DNA of 64,000 bases, from contig NZ_JAVWFO010000001.1 of NCBI RefSeq assembly GCF_036641015.1, positions 16,596-80,595 of the forward strand, read 5' to 3'. The stretch is from Anaerorhabdus sp. GTDB taxonomy: Bacteria; Bacillota_I; Bacilli_A; Erysipelotrichales; Erysipelotrichaceae. Both the position numbers and the translations under genes were made by a program. Positions 31,890 to 40,893 of the stretch are shown here, in pieces. Numbering within the stretch: position 1 is the stretch's first letter; every line of letters starts with the position of its first letter. The notes beneath the pieces are model-generated. The model was not told the DNA's origin. It was given only the letters and a program-made list of their open reading frames with translations, and did not search any database.

Positions 31890-32840
31890 TTAGTGAATAT
31901 CGCCAGATGCGATTTTATCTATTTGTTCAAAACTTGGTACAAAAAACAAATTACCTGTTATAGGATTAAAATAATCTAAAATACTATCATATTCATTATT
32001 ATCCTTCCCCTCAAACATGTGTTTCAACATTTGAAGAGTAATAGAAAAGTCTTTTGAATATCCTAAGAAATAACTTCCAAATATGCTTTTAGAAGCTTCT
32101 GCAAAAGCAATATTAGCTCTCATAATTTTCACTTCCTCTCCCAAAACATCATGCGCCTTAGAAATTTCAGTGTGTGCATTACTAGGCTTTTTATCTTCAG
32201 ATAATTCCAAATCTGTATCTTTATATCTACCAACAACTAATTCTTGTTTTTCAACAGATAATGAATCCCATAGATCCAAGTCAAAAATATACTTTTGAGC
32301 CATAACATATGTACCTCCAAAGTAAGGGTCTTCATGATTATCAATATAAACAACTTCTTTGGCTTCTTCTATATCGGGATTCTCTGTTCCATCAACAAAT
32401 CCAAATATAGCTCTACCATCACGAAAACGGAAGCCATGAGTTTCATCAACAGAATCTATTACATTTTTTAATAATTTATGTATAATAAGCATCATTTCAT
32501 AACATACATCCATTTTATCTGCACTTATATGAAAGAATAAATCACCATCTGTACTAACCGCTGTTTTGTTCTTTCCTTTTATATCATTAAACTGTTTTAG
32601 ATCTTTTGGTTTTTCACTATTTGGAAATAATCTACCCCATGCATTAGAACCAATACCCATTACAAATTTAAAATTATCAAAAGGAAACCTTATTTTCATA
32701 CTATTAAGTGTTGGATGAAGTCTACCACAAAAATCTTTAAACACTTCTAAAACTTCATTAGTATCTACATCATTTTTAAAATTTACAGTACATAGAATTG
32801 TATTCTGTGCTTGTTCTGGGATAACATCTTGATATTTCAT
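31890..32840 (-). CDS. Dyp-type peroxidase
   Basis: GDLFFHI, GFVDGTENP, AHT proximal His, IMR distal Arg. Confidence 0.92.
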   Translation of the reverse strand: MKYQDVIPEQAQNTILCTVNFKNDVDTNEVLEVFKDFCGRLHPTLNSMKIRFPFDNFKFVMGIGSNAWGRLFPNSEKPKDLKQFNDIKGKNKTAVSTDGDLFFHISADKMDVCYEMMLIIHKLLKNVIDSVDETHGFRFRDGRAIFGFVDGTENPDIEEAKEVVYIDNHEDPYFGGTYVMAQKYIFDLDLWDSLSVEKQELVVGRYKDTDLELSEDKKPSNAHTEISKAHDVLGEEVKIMRANIAFAEASKSIFGSYFLGYSKDFSITLQMLKHMFEGKDNNEYDSILDYFNPITGNLFFVPSFEQIDKIASGDIH

Positions 32841-33026
32841 ATTTAATCCTCCATATAAAATATATTATTAGCTTTATCAAATTACTTTTCAATGAATATG
32901 CATTATTTATTTTGTTTATAATTACACATTACAAATAAAAACATAAATGATTATCTATATAGTAATACATCCATCACTAACATTTTAGTATTTTAAATTT
33001 TTTTAATTAACATTTGATAGATACAG

Positions 33027-33536
33027 CTACTTAAAATATTTATAAAACAAATCTGATACTTGTTTAGGTTTGAAAACAACTGCTAAATAATTTTTCCTAT
33101 TCAAAATCACTGAATTTTTACCATCATTATAAATTGCTATTTTAGCATAATCTCCTTGTGTATTTATCATGATTATCTCTATTGAATCCAATGGTAATTT
33201 GTGGATTTCTTGATCAATCAAAGGATAAAAATTAATTACATAGCTACTATCCAGGTCTTGCAAAACATTTCTTACAGACTCTTTATTTAAACTCAAATCT
33301 TCACAATTAGTCGCAGATACCGTATAATCACACTTAATTAACGTAACATTGGAAACGTTTGATACCAGATTCCCTATACTGTTCAAATTCATAAATAAGT
33401 ATATTGAAATAAACACTAAAATAAGTGCTAAGACTTTTGAATAGATATTGCTATGAAATCGAAAATATCCTAGTATTGATGTTAATAGATTAAACTTCAC
33501 TACCTCTCCTCGCCTTCTCTTGTCATTATTTTTCAT
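33027..33536 (-). CDS. Hypothetical protein, N-terminal TM
   Basis: ORF with hydrophobic anchor; start may be the GTG ~33 nt downstream. Confidence 0.55.
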   Translation of the reverse strand: MKNNDKRRRGEVVKFNLLTSILGYFRFHSNIYSKVLALILVFISIYLFMNLNSIGNLVSNVSNVTLIKCDYTVSATNCEDLSLNKESVRNVLQDLDSSYVINFYPLIDQEIHKLPLDSIEIIMINTQGDYAKIAIYNDGKNSVILNRKNYLAVVFKPKQVSDLFYKYFK

Positions 33537-33629
33537 TTTCCTCCAAATCAGCAGTAGTTGTTTTCTTGCTGCTGTTTCATTTCGAACATATGTGACTTTT
33601 ATTTTAATTTTCTATATTTTATTCTTTTA

Positions 33630-34094
33630 CAGCAATATTGAAATTATTATAACTACCGAATTCTTTTCAATTGTTTCCAATACTTTGCAATTGTATGTCA
33701 ATCCAAATACTGACTATTTCTATACAATATAATCACTATTAACAATATATTGAGAGTCACTCTCAGCTTATTCGTTTGTTTATCATTAAACTTAAATTCA
33801 ATTTGTTCTATTAAATATACTGGTTCTTTAATCCATAAGTATAAAAACGAAAAATATAGAGATTTGGAAATTAATTGATAGGTATTTATAAAACAATAAT
33901 CCACTAAAATGTAATAAATAGGATATTAAGTTACACATCGATAATTTTTATGCATGATGGATGTAGAGGATCCATTGAAGATATTCATTGAAGAATACCT
34001 CAATGTAATATCAAACTGCATCAACATCTACTTCATCTCTATATCCTTTATTAAAAAAATACTTACCGATCTTTGTTCCTAAACTTTCTATCAT
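33630..34094 (-). pseudogene. AgrB-like remnant
   Basis: MIESLGTKIGKYFFNKGYRDEVDVDAV*YYIEVFF resembles an AgrB N-terminus; KEPVY..NKLRVTLNILL resembles the C-terminal part; stops/frameshifts; follows LytTR-GHKL pair. Confidence 0.6.
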
Positions 34095-34158
34095 TCCCAT
34101 TCCATTACCTACTTACAAGATAAATAAAAAAACAACGAATTTCAATATCCGTTGTCTA

Positions 34159-35414
34159 TCACGTCTTTTCGTTGTCTATCTCGTATGGTTTTCTTAGAAA
34201 AAGTGATACTTTGAATTGTAAATCTTGCTCAATCACAATTTCACCATTATATTTTTTAACGATTGTATCTACTATTGTTAATCCAATTCCATGTTCACCA
34301 GGATTCATTTTCTCAGTAACCAAATTCTTGTGTTGCTTAATATCATTCACTACACTGATTATTATATTATTATTCACATCTTTAATCTTTAGAGTGATAT
34401 TTTGTCTGTTATTATGATTACGTTTCAACTCATCAATAGAATTATCTAGCAAATTAGAAATTATAGTACAACAATCGAATTCAATATCTTGATTTATTTG
34501 AAGTGTCTCAATTGATAGTCAAAATAAATATCTTTTTGTGAATTCTTTTTGAAATTAAGTAAAGCGTTTAAATACTGATATTCAGTAAATATTGTAGTAT
34601 CTATAACAGATATTTCTCCAATAATTTTAGATATAAATGCTATTGATTCTTTGGTTTTATCCGCTTTTATTAAGCATTCAACTGTTCCTAAATTACTAAT
34701 CATATCATGCTTTATTTTTCTTATTTCCTTAGCTTTTTCTAGTTGTGAAGTATGCTGTTCATTCGTATATTCAACAATTTTAGTAATCATTTTTAGCTTA
34801 TCATTTTCTATTTCAGTGATATATTGTTTCTTTACAATTATGAAAATACTCAATCCAACAATCATCGAGGAAACAAGAATAATATTATAATAGTCATTAC
34901 TTCCAAATATATAGTACCCTTGTAGTAGTAATAACATCAAAATCAACAATGGTAGCATAATATAAAACATCTTGCTCATTGATTTAACACCATACTTTTC
35001 AATGAATTTTTTTACATATTTTGCAAATAAATAAAATGTAATAAATCTTACTACATGAATAGTAATGGCGTAAGTAACGAAGTCAAATTGAATTATTTCA
35101 ATATATTGTGCCAACAATAGTATTCCAACTGCTCCAATAATAGATATCACATTTAACAAAAATATTAAGATAATTTCATTAGAGGTCATCATTTTAAAGC
35201 ATAAATAGATCATTATAATGTCTATTATAAATAGTAAGAATTCAATATTAAAAGCATATAAGTTTGACATATTTGAAATGATATAATTTAATATTCCAAA
35301 CAAAAGTATTAATGGAATTGTTATATAAATTTTCCTACTCCTTGATTTGTTAACAAAATAAAAGAATAAGAAAATTTCAACATAATCCAGTATACTAAAT
35401 AGAATTTCCATCAT
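34159..35414 (-). pseudogene. AgrC-like GHKL sensor kinase, frameshifted near 34510
   Basis: Multi-TM N-part with IRKIKHDM H-box stops at 34494; another frame continues SIETLQINQDIEFDCCTIISNLLDNS..HGIGLTIVDTIVKKYNG. Confidence 0.85.
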
Positions 35415-36065
35415 ATCGCCACTCTTTTTAAGTATTCTTTCTTAAAGCTATGTAGATAATCTCGACTAATTGTATCTTTAATACCATTTTCAAGAAGTAT
35501 CAAATTATCTGAGAATGATACCAAGCGAAGTATATTAATCATTGTTGATTTATTAATATATATTAAATATCCATATGATTTATCATATATATTTGATAAA
35601 GTATTTTGATAAATTTGAATCTTATTTTTGTTTGTTGATATATATATTTTCCTGTTTTCCTTAGAAACCTTCAAGATATTGAGTAATTCAACATCAACCT
35701 CACCTACTTCAGTAACTAAATGAATAGTTTTTACCTCCTTTGTTCGCTCTATAAAATTTATCAAATCATCAGTTGTTTTTTGAATATCATTTCCCTTAAG
35801 TAAATAACCTAACACTTTTTCTCCAAACGCTTCAAATACTCTATCTGAAATAGATGTTAAAAATATGATTTTAGTATTCTTAACTTTCATTGATTTTGAT
35901 ATTTTGATGCCATCAATACCTGGTAATTCAATATCTAAAATAATTAAATCAAAACATTGAGTTGTCTTCAAAACACTCGATATTTATCCCAATATTTCTA
36001 TTCACTAATGCATTTATTAACAAAGTTGAATATTCTTTACTATCTTCTACAAGAGCAATCTTCAT
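35411..36065 (-). pseudogene. AgrA-like LytTR response regulator, frameshifted near 35970
   Basis: ATG 36065 with GGAG SD gives MKIALVED...ECFEDNSMF*; another frame gives FDLIILDIELPGIDG..INKSTMIN..ISR. Confidence 0.85.
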
Positions 36066-36377
36066 ATTATTCTCCCAATATATGCTCATTATATCAAAAT
36101 AACTATTTATATACCATCTGCCCATGTATTATTATTCATATACAATTATTGAATAGCTACACATGTACCAATGTTGATTAATTCAGAAGTTGACATATTC
36201 ACCACTGCAGAGCGACTAGGTCACTCTAAACAAATGGTTGAAATTTCTATGGTAACTTGTTTCCATGTAAAAAGAAAGAGATACTTAATGTACTCAATAA
36301 CGTTAAAATCACTTCTCTAGCCTAATAGCTGGCTTAAGAAGTGATTTTTCAATTCATTAATATGCTAAATTGAAATT

Positions 36378-36827
36378 TTACCTAGTATATTGGAGAATTA
36401 TTTTAATCGCTCTTTGCCTATCTTTATAAATTAATTTCTGCATACTATCGTCATATATTCGGTTAAAACTTTCTAGCGTATTAAGAATAATATCTATTAG
36501 TTCTGGTTTATATTTAGCAATCACAATCACATCTTGAATACATTGTCTTGCTGTAATTGGCTTTTCATCTTCAATATGTTCTAGCCATTTTTCAATAATG
36601 GAATTCACCTTATTGTCCTTATCCCATTTTGCATTATAGGCAATCAATCGTAATCCTCTTGTGCGAATAAAAGAATTTTCTTTATTGTTCATCATATCAA
36701 CAAACTTGTCAAAATACATATATAAATCATTACTATGTTCACATATTAATAACAATTCTTTCAATGCGTTATATGCGTGCTTGTTATCTGAGCAAATTAA
36801 CATTTCAATTTGTGTTTCATAATTCAT
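36378..36827 (-). CDS. Hypothetical helical-repeat-like protein
   Basis: AAGGAG SD, intact 149 aa, SFIRTRG..NAKWD..DEKPITARQC. Confidence 0.7.
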   Translation of the reverse strand: MNYETQIEMLICSDNKHAYNALKELLLICEHSNDLYMYFDKFVDMMNNKENSFIRTRGLRLIAYNAKWDKDNKVNSIIEKWLEHIEDEKPITARQCIQDVIVIAKYKPELIDIILNTLESFNRIYDDSMQKLIYKDRQRAIKIILQYTR

Positions 36828-37049
36828 ATATTAACTCCTTTCAAGTTTGTTAATATTATACCATTATCTAAAAGTTAAACTGACACTTTTTAACTCAAAA
36901 ATCTCTGAATTGTGCCAATAAATTAAAAACATATCAGAATCGTATCAAGAATTTCTAGGTTAGTTATATAAAAAACCTTTAAACATTGCCAACTGCACAC
37001 ATTAAAAATAAAGTCTAGAAAATAAAATCATATCAAATCCGTTTTTTCA

Positions 37050-37076
37050 TGAAAAAAAAGCCCCATTTAATGGGCT
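37050..37076 (-). terminator. Terminator after tRNA-Arg
   Basis: AGCCCATTAAATGGGGCT followed by T-run on minus strand. Confidence 0.75.
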
Positions 37077-37087
37077 GATTTAACTAC

Positions 37088-37164
37088 TGGCGTCCTCGAA
37101 AGGATTCGAACCTTCGACCGTACGCTTAGAAGGCGTATGCTCTATCCAACTGAGCTACGAGGAC
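37088..37164 (-). tRNA. tRNA-Arg(UCU)
   Basis: GTCCTCGTAGCTCAGTTGGATAGAGCA-TACGC-CTTCTAA-GCGTA..GGTTCGAATCC..GAGGACGCCA; 77 nt, encoded CCA. Confidence 0.98.
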
Positions 37165-37191
37165 ACTGCTATATTATAATAACAAAGCTGG

Positions 37192-37668
37192 CTACAATTT
37201 GCAACCTAATTTGTAGTCTTTTCGTTCAATATCTATTTTATCATCCTCTATATTTATAATTGCATATGACGGAATACTACCATCACGATTTCTTGATATA
37301 GATCCTGGATTAACCAAATATATACCATCAACTACTCTTGTTTCAAATACATGGGTATGACCAAAACATACAATATCGCAATTGCAACTCTTAGCTTTAT
37401 TTATTAGTAATTCACGGTTATCTAAAAACATTAGACGATGACCATGAGCTATAAGAATTCTATGACTTCCAAGTTCTATAATTTTTGACTCTGGTAAATC
37501 TCCATAAAAATCATTATTGCCACGAACTGCCGCAAATCCTGCTAGATAATCTATTGGTAACTCACTGTCTCCACAATGTATAAAAGCTGCTGCATCTTGA
37601 TGCACCAGTTGAACTTCTTTTAATGGTTCTATTCTTCCATGATTATCACTAACTACTATTATTTTCAT
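37192..37668 (-). CDS. Metallophosphoesterase, YfcE/YsnB family
   Basis: SDNHG, HCGD, VRGNND, HGH, GHTH, NPGS. Confidence 0.92.
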   Translation of the reverse strand: MKIIVVSDNHGRIEPLKEVQLVHQDAAAFIHCGDSELPIDYLAGFAAVRGNNDFYGDLPESKIIELGSHRILIAHGHRLMFLDNRELLINKAKSCNCDIVCFGHTHVFETRVVDGIYLVNPGSISRNRDGSIPSYAIINIEDDKIDIERKDYKLGCKL

Positions 37669-37782
37669 AAAACACAAACCTCTTTTAATAATGCATTTAT
37701 AATTTTACTAGAAATCAAGAATTTATCAACTATAACTTATCAATTACCATCTTATTTGCTATAATACATTTAGAGGTGCAAT

Positions 37783-38076
37783 ATGAATAACATTATAGAT
37801 TTATATAAAACATATATCAGTCCTATAGTAATTGGAGTTCTAATTATAACTATTGTAATAACAATTTTCTATTTAGTACGATTATTCTTAGGATGTAAAA
37901 GTTTACTAAGTACCGTTGATGAAGTTATAGAAACAACCAATCAAGTACAAGACAATTTAGTTATGACAAAGAATAAAAAAGATTTAATGCAATATTACTT
38001 TAAAAAGAAAAAAGCGGAACTTAGCTTCTTAATATCCGCCCTATTCTTCCTTCATATTCTTAATCATAAAGACTAA
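37783..38076 (+). CDS. Hypothetical membrane protein
   Basis: GAGGTG SD, TATAAT upstream, TM followed by short coiled segment. Confidence 0.65.
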   Translation: MNNIIDLYKTYISPIVIGVLIITIVITIFYLVRLFLGCKSLLSTVDEVIETTNQVQDNLVMTKNKKDLMQYYFKKKKAELSFLISALFFLHILNHKD

Positions 38077-38095
38077 AGAGAACTTACGTTCTCTT

Positions 38096-39103
38096 TTAAT
38101 TTGCTATTACTTCTCCTAAAGATAAGTTATTATCATGTAAATATCGTGCTAACTCATCTCCAACATACCGGAAATGATAGCTTTGCTCACTTTTATTAGT
38201 TAGATATGCATTCTCTACTTTGTATGATTGAACAAATCCATATAAATATGCATTTTCCAATAACCATTTATATTGCTCAGTTTTATCAAATTCTGAGTTA
38301 GCAAGTCCTCTTAAACAAAAATCGACAGCTAAACCTAATTGATGTTCACTATGTCCTGGCATAAATTCTACTTTGCCAGCATTCTCTCCATACTGTTGTA
38401 TAGCATCTTTATAGCGCTTATCTTGATCCGCATAAGAAATATATCCTTCCGACACAAATAATCCACCGCAAGAATTAAAAGAATTCAAATCAGTTTGGAT
38501 AGCATTACATAAATTTTGAATAGGTGTTTGTAATGCAGCATCTACTTGTATATATTTGTCATATAAAGTTGGAATATTATCATTAATTTGTTGTAAATTA
38601 TAGGGTTTACGAATTGAAACAGTATGAATATCATCCACATAAGCATTTGGATTACCAGCATTAGTAACCAATATTGAGTTTGAATTATATGAATCACCAT
38701 GATCTATCCAATATGACAACTCATCAAATTTATAATAAACTAAGTAGTTTGCTAATGTGATTACATCCATATAATTCCTTGTTTTCTCAACCATTCTAAC
38801 AATTGCAGCCGGAGTTTCATCCCACAACAATTTGTTTAACTCACGATATTCAGCAGCATGATATATATTAAAACCATCTTCTTGAATATACGCAATAAAT
38901 GTTGCTGGCGCTATGGAGTATTCAATAATATATTCTATCTCTTGGTCGTTTAAATGTTCTCTAATTAAGCGATTATTTTCTTCATTTTTATATGGATAAC
39001 GTGATAATTTATCATAATTCACGTTCATAAAAGCAAGACATAAGATAGATATAACGAGAATCATGCTTACAAATATAGCACGTTTAGTTTTCATCTCATT
39101 CAC
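38096..39103 (-). CDS. M15B (VanY-like) D,D-carboxypeptidase homolog, membrane anchored
   Basis: SEHQLGLAVD and HFRYVG motifs, N-terminal TM. Confidence 0.85.
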   Translation of the reverse strand: MNEMKTKRAIFVSMILVISILCLAFMNVNYDKLSRYPYKNEENNRLIREHLNDQEIEYIIEYSIAPATFIAYIQEDGFNIYHAAEYRELNKLLWDETPAAIVRMVEKTRNYMDVITLANYLVYYKFDELSYWIDHGDSYNSNSILVTNAGNPNAYVDDIHTVSIRKPYNLQQINDNIPTLYDKYIQVDAALQTPIQNLCNAIQTDLNSFNSCGGLFVSEGYISYADQDKRYKDAIQQYGENAGKVEFMPGHSEHQLGLAVDFCLRGLANSEFDKTEQYKWLLENAYLYGFVQSYKVENAYLTNKSEQSYHFRYVGDELARYLHDNNLSLGEVIAN

Positions 39104-39133
39104 CTCTTTCAGTATTATATCATAATATTCTAC

Positions 39134-40891
39134 CTATGACTCTTTTAAAATTAGGTAAACATTCTCTGCAACTTCTTGAGGTAAAACTTCAGTTAATTCC
39201 TCTATAGTAGCGCTTTTTATCTGTTTAAAACTTCCAAAATGTTTAAGTAGTTTTTTCTTTCTAACTTCACCAATTCCATCAATTTCATCAAGTATTGATT
39301 TTGTTTGGGCTTTTTGTCTTAGTTTTCGATGGTATGTAATCGCAAACCGATGCACTTCATCTTGCATTCTTGTTAATAGAAAGAAAAATGGGCTATTTTT
39401 ATCAATTATATTCAATTGACCATCTCGACTCATCATTCCAGATGTATTATGCTTATCATCCTTAACAAGACCAAACAATGGTATATCTAGCCCCAATGAA
39501 TCTAATATTGTTTTAGCTGCATCTATTTGTTGTTGACCACCATCTACCAAAATACAGTCCGGCATCCTTGCTTCTTCAATCATTAATCTATAATATCTTC
39601 TATAAAGCACTTCTTTCATTGAATCAACATCACTATTTGTAGTGTGTAATTTATAAATACGATATTCTGATTTATTTGGTTTTCCATCATCATAAACAAC
39701 ACATGCTGCAACTGTAAATGCACCAGATATATGACTATTATCAAATATTTCAACACGATGTATATCCCTTTTGGCTAATAATGTAAACTGATTCATTAAC
39801 GACTCATCATTCTCCGCTCTTGCTTCAACAACTTCAAACTTCAATATTAATTGCTTTTGTGCATTATTTTCAGCTAAATCTAATAACTTTTTACGATAAC
39901 CCTTACTCGGTACTGTAATTTTGGTTTCCAACGCCTCTTCAAGTATTGTAATATCCTCTAAATTTGGTAACACAATTTCTGGTGGCAATGGGTGCTTCTG
40001 ATAATATTGCGTTACAAAAGATATAAATTCCTCTTCTGCTTGTCCATATAAAGGCGATAATGATAATTCACGTTCCAACAATTTTCCTTGACGAATAAAG
40101 AAGCCTTGAATAGATAAATATCCCTTATCCGCAAAATAACTAAATACATCACGATTAGATTTATCTTGTGTTTGTACCTGTTGCTTATCATTAGATACAT
40201 GTTCTATTGAATGAATTAAATCACGATATTCAATTGCTTTTTCAAATTGCATTTGTTCTGTTGCATCTGCCATTTTTCTCTGTAAGTCATCTAATATTTC
40301 TTTATTATCACCATTTAAAAACCGTGTTATTTTTTCAACGATTTCTTGATATATATTTGGATCTACATCATATTCACATGGTCCTAAACATTGTCCTAAG
40401 TGATAATATAAGCATACCTTTTTAGGCATTGTTTTACATTTTCTTAAAGGATATAAAGTTTGTAGTAATCGAATAGTTTGATGAGCTGCTGTTGCATCAG
40501 GAAAAGGACCAAAGTATTTTGCTCTTCGATCTTTTTTAGTCTCCCTTACTACTGTTAGTGTGGGATAATTTTCTTTTGTTAATTTGATATACGGATAAGT
40601 TTTATCATCCATAAACATAATATTAAAACGTGGACGATGTTTCTTTATTAGATTTATCTCTAAAAGTAACGCTTCCTTTTCAGTTCTTGTTATAAAGAAA
40701 TCAAAGTCACGTACATTACTTACCATTTTTGTAGTCTTAAAATCATGTGCACCAACGAAATATTGATTCACACGATTTTTCAATTTTTTTGCTTTACCAA
40801 CATAGATGATTGTTCCAGATGCATCTTTCATTAAATAACATCCAGGCTCCATAGGTAAATTTTGTAATTTAGCTTGTAAATCTTTATTCAT
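39134..40891 (-). CDS. uvrC: Excinuclease ABC subunit C
   Basis: PGCYLM..IYVGKAK GIY-YIG, FDNSH, VDGG, DEVHRFAI, HhH. Confidence 0.98.
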   Translation of the reverse strand: MNKDLQAKLQNLPMEPGCYLMKDASGTIIYVGKAKKLKNRVNQYFVGAHDFKTTKMVSNVRDFDFFITRTEKEALLLEINLIKKHRPRFNIMFMDDKTYPYIKLTKENYPTLTVVRETKKDRRAKYFGPFPDATAAHQTIRLLQTLYPLRKCKTMPKKVCLYYHLGQCLGPCEYDVDPNIYQEIVEKITRFLNGDNKEILDDLQRKMADATEQMQFEKAIEYRDLIHSIEHVSNDKQQVQTQDKSNRDVFSYFADKGYLSIQGFFIRQGKLLERELSLSPLYGQAEEEFISFVTQYYQKHPLPPEIVLPNLEDITILEEALETKITVPSKGYRKKLLDLAENNAQKQLILKFEVVEARAENDESLMNQFTLLAKRDIHRVEIFDNSHISGAFTVAACVVYDDGKPNKSEYRIYKLHTTNSDVDSMKEVLYRRYYRLMIEEARMPDCILVDGGQQQIDAAKTILDSLGLDIPLFGLVKDDKHNTSGMMSRDGQLNIIDKNSPFFFLLTRMQDEVHRFAITYHRKLRQKAQTKSILDEIDGIGEVRKKKLLKHFGSFKQIKSATIEELTEVLPQEVAENVYLILKES

Positions 40892-40893
40892 TT

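Noticed and set aside
31890-32840. DyP as encapsulin cargo
   Set aside because: No C-terminal targeting extension and no encapsulin gene adjacent
36100-37000. Possible LytTR-binding direct repeats
   Set aside because: Matches too degenerate and spacing too irregular to support
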